Origin: Zootoca vivipara
Taxonomy: Eukaryota
Direction: 5' to 3'
DNA length: 64,000 nt
NCBI RefSeq assembly: GCF_963506605.1
Contig: NC_083292.1
Span: 15,500,001 to 15,564,000 of the forward strand
Within the stretch, counting starts at the first letter, position 1. Every line of letters begins with the position of its first letter. The notes below the pieces were generated by a model. The model was given only the letters and a program-made list of their open reading frames with translations. It was not told where the DNA came from and searched no databases. Positions 10,101 to 22,100 of the stretch are shown piece by piece. Made by a program: the position numbers and the translations under genes.

Positions 10101-13100
10101 GGGCCGCAGTTTGGGGGTGCCTGCTCTAACCATGGAGTGATGGGCCCTCCCCCTTTAAAAAATAATTACCCAATGTAGAGTAATTTACCAGCAGTCCAGT
10201 ATTGCGCTTCTATTAAAGAACCTAAACAATAAGCAGCTAAAAAAAGAAGATTTGGAAAAAAATATTTAACTGGCCCACTAGAGGAGGAAACATCAGCCCT
10301 GATAAGGCCACTGGGAGGAATGACAAAGATACAACAGGAAGGATATGTTTAAATGAATTACATTCTGTAACAGCAGCTTTGCCATTCCAAGCTGGCCAGA
10401 CAAGCTGCTTACATGATCAACAAGGGTGGTGCAGTGGGGAAAGGCAGACTAGCCAGCCAGTCTGGAAATAAAAACAAAAAAGTGGGTAGCAAACAGTTTT
10501 AACAGACATAAAAGTCACTCTTTTAATCCTGTTTATAGTGTGACTGAGTAGAAATCCCATATGAATCACCTGTGTGGAGGACAACTGTTCTGCATGGACA
10601 CTTTGGACAACATGATTTCCCTGTAACAAAGCAGCAGCAAAATCACAATGGTGCACCACTGACACTATCCATGCATTTGGGTCAATTCACATGTTAACTT
10701 TTCTGCTACTGCATGGCAAGTCTTGCAATTGCCCCAAAGTGAAATCCACATGCCAGCTGGCTTCTTCATCTCACAGACCACAAGGCCATTGTCAGGATCG
10801 AAGATAAAAAGTCTTCTTCTTTAGAGATCACTTGTAGCCAAGTAAGATTGTCTTCCATAAACACGGTTTTAACAATGAGTCCGTAAGTGACTGTGGAGGC
10901 CAATTCTGGAGCCACATGTCCTTCCACAGTGGGGACATTGGTTTCCAGGCCGGAGTTGATCATGGTGTGGATTTGCCAAGCGTGCCTTCCTCTTAGCACG
11001 TTTCTCCCTTGCGTCCTGAGATCGAGTGTCTTCAAAGCGCCATGACACCTTTGGTAAAGGCTGTTCTCCAACTGTAGCGCTCGCAGGCCAGTGTTTCCCA
11101 GTTGTCGGTGTTTATACTACATTTTTTTAAGATTTGCCTTCAGACAGCCCTTAAACCTCTTTTGTTGGCCACCAGCATTACGCTTTCCATTTTTAAGTTC
11201 AGAATAGAGTAGTTGCTTTGGAAGACGGTCATCAGGCATCCACACAACATGACCAGTCCAACGAAGTTGATGTTGATTGTTAACTTGTAGCCAAGGAACC
11301 CCAAGCTTTTTCTCAAAAAGGAGAACCCAGTAGATCAGGCATGTCCAAAGTCCAAATCCGGCCAGCCGGTTGGTTTAATCTGGCCCCTGTGACAGTTTAT
11401 TTTCTGGGGTAAAATCCTAAAAAAAACCAACAATCCTAAAAAAAGGTCAACAACTTTGGTTGGTCCTTTGGTCGGCCCTTCACTTCATCCAGTATCATCT
11501 TAAGCTTATCTCACGCCCTGGTGCAGGGATCCCTAGGGCGCCCCCAGCCCCCTGGAGGTCCCTCCCACACGCGCGCCTGCCGCCTCACCTGCACTTTCCT
11601 CAGCTGTGCATGTTTGGGTAGCGCAGGAGGCTGCGGCCCACCCCCTGGCTGCCTTGGCCAGGGAAGAGCAGCACCGAAGCCTCCTGGGGAGCATGGTGTG
11701 CCTTCCCGCTAGGTCCCAACCACGGTGCCTCGTTCTCCGCCGTGTCCCGCAACAGGCTCACCGCCTCCCCCTCGCTGGGAGGCCTCAAAACTCCACCTCA
11801 GCTGAGCCATCACCGTGCGGAGAGCCGCAGGGCCAGGAAGGGGAGAGCGCAGCCTCCGGAGAGGCTTCGGCACCAGCGCACACACAGCACGGGGGAAAGG
11901 AGAAGGAGGCACGGCGTGGCGTCCTGGCCAAACAGCCGGAACCCCACGCTCACTTGCGAGGCTCCGGGGTGCTGCCTCCTCCTCTGCTGCCTAACGACAG
12001 CCCGCTGATTCCTGCAGCCAAGGGAGAGGTGGAGGCGGTGGTGGAGGAGCCAAAGGGATTAGTGGCTGGTTGCGCCCCGTCAGCGCCCCCGAGAGGCCGG
12101 CGCCCTGGCGCAACGCGCCACTAGGCCCTATGGTAAAGACGCCTCTGACTTCATCAAATCTGGCCCTCTTTGAAAAAAGTTTGGACATCACTGCTGTAGA
12201 TGCTACCAAAATCATGAAGAAATGGGATTAAAATGCACGTGTCCATTTAATCCTGGTAGTAACAAGTCAAAGATACTATTAGTCCAGTTATGGAATGCTG
12301 AGATAGCTATGTTTCTTCCCACACAGACATTCTCAGACTCTATCACAGCATGTACTCTGAAAAAAACCAACAAGATCCCCAGAGAGACTAGAAAGATCTA
12401 TACAAGCCAGAAAATCTGCTCACTTGCTTATGTCAATCTGCAAAATGAGGTTTGAAAGACACTGCTAGAGTATCCCTGACATTGGACAGAATAAATCTGG
12501 GCAAAGAAATGCAGATATTTTGGGGGCTGAAGACCACAGTGTGAACTGGAAAGACAAGTAGAAAATTTGCTGAAGTAGAACTATTGAATACAGGTCTTGC
12601 TAATCCTACAGTTAGAGACTTTATCATAGTACAGATACATATGACTGCTGAAAATATGGTTTTGCAGCTAGGAGCTAGTGTCACATCTAGATCACCAACT
12701 TTGCATCACCCGGGTTCTGCTGAACAGCAAGAAGAGTATGTACACTTTCTGCAAAGCTACTGCCTTGTTGATTTAGTGCAGCTTTCTTCGATCTGGTAGC
12801 CTCCAGCAGTTTTGAACTACAACTCCCATCAGCCTCAGGCAGTACAGTAATGCTCCCATGAGCTCTAGCATACAGTCATGCTGCTTGAGAGTTGTAGGCC
12901 AAAGCAGCTGAAGGGTGGCAAAGTTTGATTTAGTGGGAAAGAGTTCTTAATTTGACCAGGAAATCTGTAAGGCACTAAAACCAACAAAGGAAAGACACTG
13001 CGTTGATGGTCTACACAACACATTAAGTCCCCAATGATGTCTGCAGTGTCTGTGGAGGGGCTTCTCCAAGATTTACATGGTATCTTGCTGCTGTCAGGTA

Positions 13101-16100
13101 TCCCTCCCCAGGCTTGTCTCCTCTCCTGCAGAAGCAGCTCTTGATTGATAAGCTGAGTAGGCCTCTCACAAAGAGAGGTTAGGGATGCAGGAAGCATGCA
13201 AATGCTCAGGATGACCACCCTTCCTCCCATCAGTGTTCTGCTGTAATCACAATACAGTCGTACCTTGGAAGTCGAACGGAATCCGTTATGGAAGTCCATT
13301 CAACTTCCAAAATGTTCGGAAACCAAAGTGCGGCTTCTGATTGGCTGCAGGAAGCTCCTGCAGCCAATCGGAAGCTGCAAAAGCCTCGTCGGATGTTCAG
13401 CTTCCAAAAGAACGTTCGAAAACTGGGTTTCAATCGTTCGGGAGCTGGTTTGTTCGGGAACCAAGGCGTTCAAGATCCAAGGTATGACTGTACCATGTTA
13501 AGGTTTCTGCCTGGCTCCCCTTTCCCCTGGAAATTTTGTCTGGGGTGCCTAGACAAAGAAAGAAGCCATGGACACAGAGAAACAGAGGCAGGGAACAGAG
13601 CAACAGTTTGCACATCAAACCCATTCCTAAGAGCGCCCCCAAGGCAACCATGCCATGATGGAGCAGTAAACAAAAGGGAGCCGTTTTGATCAGTGCTGGT
13701 CCCCAATCCAGAAGGTAAAGGGACTTATCCATTCAAAGTGCCCTAACAACATGACAGCAAAACACTTCACTATCAGTGGGAAAGGGACTGGCTTTCATTT
13801 CTTGTAAAGCAATCGGCATTTGTTGCTGCGACACAATGACAGAAAACCAAGAAATATGCAAGGCCTCAATTTTGCTTCAAAAATATCAAAGAATCTTGTA
13901 GCACCTGAAAGGCTCATGAAGGCTATCAATGGCTATGTTCTGTTTCTAGTATCAGAAGCAGTATGCCTCCATATATGGCGGCTGGGAATAAACACTTGGG
14001 AGATTGCTATTGTACCCAGGTCCTGCATGGGAGCCTGCCATGGGCATCTGGTTCACCACTGTGAGAATGGGATTCTGTACTAGACAGGCCCTACTCTGAC
14101 CCAGCATCAAGGATCGTTTAATGTTCTTATTACCATAACAGATGTGACAGAAGCTTTCACAGGGTTCTACTCCACCAGAGAGAGTATATGTACAAATGTG
14201 ACAGGTAAGAAGTTAAGAGGTCCAGTAGGTGGACTATGTATTCTGCAAAACGAGATTAAAAACTGAAGGAGCACATAGAACACACCTTGGATTTCACTTT
14301 AACAGTGACATCAAATGCTACAGGAAGTGACATACAGAAAATAAATGCAGAGTGACAGCAAGTAGCTTCAATTTGTAGCATGAATGAAAAGCTGGAGGTC
14401 TTTAAGACAATTAAATTCCAAGCAAAACCTTCTCCAAATTCCAATGTAAACATTCTACGGAAACCTCCAGCAAATAAACAGTAAACCCCAACAAAAGAAA
14501 AGAGCTGCTCATTTTCCAGAGACGGAGAGACTAAATGATGGAACAGGAAACGTTAATTTGCTGCCTGTTGCTTCTGTGGAAAATAGCCATGCTTTTACAA
14601 ACACAGAGTCAGTTGATGGCTTTCCTTCCTATTCAGCTAGCACCCCCCCCCCTCTCACACACACAGAGGTGAGGCTAATAAACAGTCCCAGCTCTAGTCA
14701 CCAAGGCTCACTGCCTTCACCACAATACAAAGAGCTGCATGATTCACAAATCCCAGAAGTGAGAGGGTGAGATTTCCAGTCAAGATAATATCAGATTAGC
14801 CACACGCAATTGGATAGTTAAGCAAGAATAATTTATACCCAGCTCTAACAGAGAGAGGGATGGAAAACTTCATGTCTGACATCATCCAGAGGTCTTACAA
14901 GAAAGAGCACTAGATTTTCTCAAGGGTAGGCTTTGATATGAAGAAATATATCATCGGGAAAAGACCAAAGGCCGATCAAGCACCTAAGTGGTTCATTCAG
15001 ATGAGCATGTCCTCCAGACAGGGATGGTAGCCTGCTTTCAGTCACTCCTCTCTGTTTACTTCTTACTGCAGTCTTCCCCAAGCTGCTGCCCTCCACAAGT
15101 TTTGGACTACAACTGCCATCAGCCACAGCCAGCATTACTACATTGGGCTTCTCACCACCTTTCTGTGTGGCCCTATTTTGCCTTTTACGAGTTGTGGATC
15201 AATGTACATGAAGCCAAGATATCCTGTAGGGATGGGGAACTTGCAACCCTCCAGATGTTATTCCTATCACCACTGGCCATTGGCCATTCTAGGTTGGGTC
15301 AATGGGGGTTGGAGTCCAACATCTGGAAGGCCACCTGTTCCTGACCCTATGCTTGAAGGAATCATGGCCATCTTGCCTTTACAAAGGTATATATTCCAAC
15401 AGCCCACCTGGATTTGGCCTTTGCCCATGATTCGGTCGGTGGTCTCTCCATCTTCTTTGGTAAGCTTGCTTTTGTTGTAACACTTCTCGTAGCACAAGAT
15501 TCGCAGTGTCTGTGAACCCTCCAGTTCTATCTCAAATTCCTGCAGGAGGAGAACAGCACTTCAGTCAATCGAGATTCACTCTTCATAGCAAGGATAGCTA
15601 GATGCTTAGCCCCCAGCCAGCATGGTCAATGGCCAGAGATGATAAATTGTGCAGTCCAACAACATCTGGCAGGCACCACACTGGCTGCCCATGCTGTAGC
15701 TCTCAAAGTCCTAACATCACAGAGATTTCTTGGGAAATTATGAAAGGGCACCCTGAAGATTTTGCCTCATTCTGTTTCCCACCTGGGGAATTAGAACTAA
15801 CAAGTTTTGTGCAATCAAAACAGTTTTCTGTCTGCATCCTATATAATAAAGTCCCTGTGTCTCTGCGTCCAGTCCCTGTGTCCGTGCTACCGCGCATGTG
15901 CCCCACGGACACAGGGATTGGACGCAGAGACTTGGAGCGCAGAGACTGGCCCCTCCTCTGCCTCCTCCCGTTGTCCCGAGTAGCGACGGCCTCCTCCACC
16001 TCCCTTCTCCTGAGGAGAAGGAAGAGGCCTCTGCCGCCTCCTCCCGCAGCACACCTCAGGTAAGCGCGCCGCCCCTCGCTCTCCTGCCTCGTAGCTCCGC

Positions 16101-19100
16101 GTCACTCCCCCGCAGCAGGGAGGTGGTGGAGGCCGCCGCCACTCGGGACAGCGGGAGGAGGTGGAGGAGGGGCCAGTGGGCCTCAGGCGAGAGCGGGAGC
16201 TGCAGCAGAGTGACGCGGGAGCGGCAAGGCAGGAGAGCGAGGGGTGGCGCGCTTACCTGAGGCACGCTGCGGGAGGTGGCGGCAGAGGCCTCTTCCTTCT
16301 CCTCAGGTGAGGAGGAGAAGGTAGGTGGAGGAGGCCGTCGCCACTCGGGACAGCAGGAAGAGGCGGAGGAGGGGCCGGTGGGCCTCAGGCGCTCAACGGA
16401 GGGGACGCCTGCACGGTCCCAGGGCTTCCCCTCCGTTCCCGCCCGGCTAGCGCCCGTTTACTGAACGGGCTGAATGACACTAGTAATATATAAATCTATA
16501 AGATTGTTACCCAAAGAGGGGGTTGTGCACTTTGCTGGCAATGGGAGGTGGGCTAAACTAAACTTATGGAACCTCCCCCTAACATAACAAAGGCAGCAAT
16601 AAATAATGCAATATGGAACAATCAAAGGTATTAAAAACTTAACAATACAATTAAAGCATGGACATAAAAAACCTTTAAGAGGACTAGAAGACCATAATAC
16701 ATATGTGAAGGATGACTGTCACACCCTTTGTCATTTCCAGAGGGAGACAAATTCTTGGCTTTGCCGGGAAAGATACTGCAACTTCCATATTTCCTGAGGA
16801 AATATCTTTTGTAAACTACTTAGATGTTCTCTACAGAGTAAGTGGCATGTACACTTTGTTAAACAAAATAAAAATATTGATGAGCTAAACTATTGTAATA
16901 GGTCTCTAAATAAGAACAATGAAACCCTCTAGTGCAGCCTTCTCCACCTTGGCATCTTCCAAATGTTTTGGAGTGCAATTCCCAACATCTCCAGACAGAA
17001 CATGGGGCTGATGAGAATTATAGTCCATAATATCTACAGGGAACCAGGATGCAGAAGGCTGTACTAGAATAAAAAACAGCAATAGAGGCAGCTCCTCGTG
17101 CAAGCTGTGCAAAAGAGAGACTGTTCTGCTTCTGGCTACTTTTCCCTTCAGTTTCATAAGTCATTCAAAACAAATTCAATGAAGCTGCATGATTCACTAT
17201 TACTCAAAAGCAGCCCCCAGGAATACATCCCAAGACTAACCACTCTAAGCAAGCCACAGCATTGGCCTTGAACTTTCCCCACTCGGTTAATGCTGCAAGT
17301 CAGTTGTGGTGGTCAGTTGTTGTTGTATTTATACCCTGCTTTTTCCTCTAATGGGACTCTTTCCACATACAAGATGCAACTGTGGCATTCACATCTAAGA
17401 CTCGCTATGCTCTCCTGCTGAATTTTCAAAGAGGTGGATTTAGATCAAAACAGTTTGATGCTTATAGAGGGGGGAATCCAAAAGGATAATTCCTTCCCCC
17501 CCCCCGCACCTTACTGAAACAAATGGGAGGGGGCCACAAGGGCACTGCCACACTTGACCCCCAAATTAGACAGCTGAATTTCACTATGACCACTTTTCAA
17601 ATGGGATTAATTCTTGGAACCATTTGTACACAGACAGCAGCAGTAAGATGAAGGTCCCATCCTATTAGGAGCAGGTCATGAAAAAAGAATCTCCTATACT
17701 GCAGAAACGTACAGGAACCTCCCTGATGCACCACATAAGGAGAAGGCATTTTAAATCTGTACAAATAGAACTACTGGCCTCCTCTTGTCAAAGACTCCGA
17801 CTATGAGAGGTGGTGATCAGAGGAAGCCCAGAGCACCACCACAGCCTACCTCATTCCAGTTGGGCTCTGCTGTGTCTCTGTAGACTCTCGTTTTTGCCTT
17901 GTTGACGAAGTACCCAAAAGAATCCACTTCTAAAGTGCAGTAGAGGTCTAGGAGGAGGATGACAAAAGAAGCAATGGCTCGGTTAGGGTCACCAGCATCT
18001 CTTGCCGTTTCCTTGGTCAGCTGGTGCTCACACTCAACCTGACTGCTGGTTGGTCCATGCAACAACAGTGATCTACACTTTGGAGCACCTCCCAGAGTAG
18101 GGCGCTTCCTTCAGTCCCATGGTGGTCTCTGCTGACACCTGATATTTGGAGCACGAGGGCTGCTCTTCTCTCCTCAAGTGTCTCCGTCGTTTCCAGAACC
18201 ACTCCAAGGCAAAGATTATATTGCAAGCTCATTCTTATTCCTGACAATTATCCCACAAGGTTGATTTGTAAAAACCCAACCTCAAATGATGGGGGAATTT
18301 ATTAAATTTCATTCTGTCACAGAAGACCTTTCTGACATGCCAGGCGTCAGTCACCAAGCTGTCACCGCTGTGCATTTTAAAAGGCTTCCAGGATAGACTC
18401 CCCACACAGAAACACACCCCTTGGCAGGCAGCGGCACAGGCTGAATTGGCCAGATGGGAGGCCAGCTGGCCACCCATCCCTTGAGCCCTCCAAAGCTCAA
18501 CTCTCCTGACTGCCACAAAAATGCCAACTAGGTGTGCTGTGACAACCACCTTCATATGTGTGCCAGCTATATAGCTGCAGAGAGAAAGTGCATTGATTGG
18601 GCTGTACAAGAAGCCATTTCACCACTGCACTGCGTCTGTGGAAGCAGAACAACAAAGGAGTACAGGAAGCAGCTGCCTTAAACCAAGGCAGAGCATTTGG
18701 ACTATCTAGCTCAGTACTGTTTACACTGACTGGCTGCAACTCTTCAGGGTCTCCAATCCACTTCCATAGAAGAAGAAGAAGAGTTTGGATTTGATATCCC
18801 GCTTTATCACTACCCGAAGGAGTCTCAAAGCAGCTAACAATCTCCTTTCCCTTCCTCCCCCACAACAAACACTCTGTGAGGTGAATGGGGCTGAGAGACT
18901 TCAGAGAAGTGTGACTAGCCAAAGGTCACCCAGCAGCTGCATGTAGAGGAGCGGAGACGCGAACCCGGTTCCCCAGATTAGGAGTCTACCGCTCTTAACC
19001 ACTACACCACACTGGCTCTCGTTATAGTCCATTGTTATGACAGCAGCACCAGCATTTCCCTGTGGGCAACAAGAGGCCTGCTTGAATCCAGAGTGGGGCT

Positions 19101-22100
19101 TTCATTTGGTTGCTAGCCACAACACCAAATCATACTTAGCATGACGGTAATCCAGTTCTTTGCATTCACACTCAGCTACCATGCAACTACCACTCACTTG
19201 AGCTCTGCTTGAAGCCGCTGGCTGAATGGACAATGACGTTCAGGAACCCATAGAGACCAGGGGACTCATCATCTGTGTTCAAAAACATATAAATGTGAGT
19301 TAAACTGGCTCTGGGAGTTCAGTGGGAAAGGCAGATGAAATCCCCCTATATATGTTAACACAGCAAGAATTCAATTTCTGTGGAGTGAAAGTGTGTGTTT
19401 AAAGACTGTAAGCACATTTATCCCAGATTTAACAACCTTCTGTGTATGTTATTGTGGCTTGGGGAAAAGATATGCTCCATAATCTATGGAAATGTAGTTT
19501 CACAATGTTTATAGCTCTGAGCATAAGAAATTTGACTATGCCACATCCCAAAATCCAGGGAGCATGAAAAAGGCTTCTGGACTGAGAGTGAGACACTGCC
19601 TTTTTAAGACAATGTTTTTCACCATTACGACGACTGAAGCTGGTGGCTGGCTCCATGCCTATGTCTGGGAAGTGAACTGGGATTGTGTACTTTTATTTCT
19701 AGGCAATGGTATAGATCCAACACACACATTAGACACTAGCAGCCACTTGGAAATCATCCCCCTGAGTGCTGCCCACTGTTGGAGGCAAGAGAGTGGGGTC
19801 AAGAGCAATGGCAGATGAGGCCAATTGGTTCCAGGGTTCTCACCTTCTTTGTTTATCGTGAGGGGGATGTGATGCACAGTCTGAAGTTTCACACAGGAAT
19901 TTGTCAGCATCTGGAGCTCCACTGAAGTCAGTGAGAAGCTTTTGAAACCTGCAATTCAGAGGAGAATGGGTTTTTAACCTCCTGCAGACTCGGGAAGAAA
20001 GGTGTAGGCCGGTAATGCTGACCTCCTTGCTTTGAGTATTATTGCCACAAAGACATCCACAAGGGATCCCCAGGAATGATCCTGGGAATAAAATACTACG
20101 ATTCCCGGTTATCCTAGAAAAGGTCAGGCAGATAGCCAACTCCTACCAAACAATTTGCCACATGGATGCCCTTGGGGAATCATGCAGAAGACTTTTCTCA
20201 CAGAGGAAAGGCCCTCTTCTAATAAACCTGTTAAACCTAATAAACAAGTTACCTGCTCCTTACTGGGAATGATGACTGGACTAGGTAGCGTCACTGCGTC
20301 AGTACTGAGCACAGAACTGTAGAACTTTCTTCCTACATGAGGACAGCATGCTGGGACTCCCCATCCTTGGGGCCTCACTGGAGTGGAGGGGAAGCACCTG
20401 GAAGGTGCTGATTCACAAAAACACATCTGTATCTGACCCAGACCACAGTCAAGAAAAGCCCGCACATCTACACATGGGACATTCGGCAACCCTCTCACAG
20501 AAGAGTGGCATGTTCAACCTTAGACATGCGGAAGGGCCAGCCCCAAGATCCCCCCCTCTGATTTCTCCAAGCCCAGGATGCCTGTTGGTCACACCTAGAG
20601 AAGTCAGAGCATAGGCACGTACATTTCTTCTGCTGCTCCCGGATGATCTCTCGCCACTCTGCCCGTTCGTAATCAGATGAGATGAGGAATGTGTAACTCT
20701 GAGTAACAGAGAAAAAGAGGCCCGAGGATTATTTATTTTACCCAACAGCTAAATTATGTACAAAAAGAACAATCTAAAGTGTTCAAATAAGATTATACAA
20801 AGTTCATAATACAGCCAACATATCCCTGCTACTCGATTTTTATTTAATTTTCTGCAAGACTAACAGCATTTTCCTGGACAGTAAAAATCAACTTCATGTG
20901 TCTTACTCTACAAGTTTTGGCTCAGGCAGCCATTGAGCTGTACCATCTAGGAATGATATCCTGAGGTTTGGTGTCTTAGGGGGTATATGCGACCATTCAC
21001 AGTACTCTTCATTGTACAGTGAAAATAACCTTTCACCTGTTGGTGTGTTAAATGCATAGTGCTGCACAGGGTTTTGTCTTTTCTTTAAAAAATAAATAAA
21101 TCCGGTTATAATTTTCTTTTCTTCCTTTTTTGGGCTGATGAACTTTTCCCCCCCAACAAAAGAAATCAGCCATTTGCACACTTGCCTTCTTGCCAGGCTG
21201 TTCATTTCAGGTAGTGTTGAAATTTTTTTTATATAAATGCATATATTTCGTGACATGTGAAGAAAACAATTCCCTGTGTTTGGAAAATCTTGGTGAAGGT
21301 CTAAACAGTGTCAACATTAACAGCTAAGACTTGCAAGTCGTGTCGACACAGCCATCTGTCTTTGAGGGTACAAAAGTGCACAGAGCATTTAATCCAGAGT
21401 CTGCTTCCCTTGCAAGGGTTTACACAGCCTGCCACCAGCTCTGCCCATATTCTATTCAATTACAAAGAGCTCCCAAAAGATCACAAGATCCTGCGCCATT
21501 AACTAGCAGCTGGGCTTAGTGTTCTAATTTGCCAGCCTTCAGCTTCAGACATTATGGTCTTTTTTGCATTCATTATACTATGGGAGTAAATCTTACGTTG
21601 TGAACCACCCTGTGATCTTCGGATGCAGGGCAGCATACAATTTTAATAAATAATAATGACTAAAAATGAAAGCAGCCATTGATTCATTTTGCTGCTTCCA
21701 TAGTGAGCACTAAGCGTGCAACAGGCATGCTCTGTTCACTCAATTTTTTTATGGGGCATGTGCAAGACGACATGAACAAAACTCCACCTCTCATGCTTCC
21801 TCTGTTCAGCCCCATTGAGACCCCATTCTTTGCCAGGCCTCTCACCTTGCCATTGCGGTTATGCACTCGGAATGCCATGTTAGGAGACATCAGTAGAAGC
21901 AAGGATTCCTGCTCCGAAAGCTTCTTTTTCAACCTCTCCATATTCTTGCTGCCCTTATTAGCCCTCTGAGGAAGAGAAAAGCCCAAGAGGTAATGAGAAC
22001 ATGTTCTTTTACAACTCAACAGATGCAGGAGCTTGAGGTTCACAAGATTCTCAATATTTAGGTTCCTTAAACCAGAAGTGGGGGGTACTGGTTTTAACCT

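Larger units (their letters stand above)
11336..12193. mobile_element. Outer hAT MITE split by the MCAT-carrying element
   Basis: TIRs CAGGCATGTCCAAA / TTTGGACATCACTG; TSD CAGTAGAT / CTGTAGAT (7 of 8). Confidence 0.8.

Noticed and set aside
11604-11885. Functional nested MCAT gene or processed retrocopy
   Set aside because: Only part of exon 1 is present, with frameshift and stop. There are no later exons and no poly(A), and it is bounded by hAT-type ends.
11606-12124. 172-aa plus-strand ORF
   Set aside because: Antisense shadow of the GC-rich MCAT cargo; no recognisable protein and a non-ATG start.
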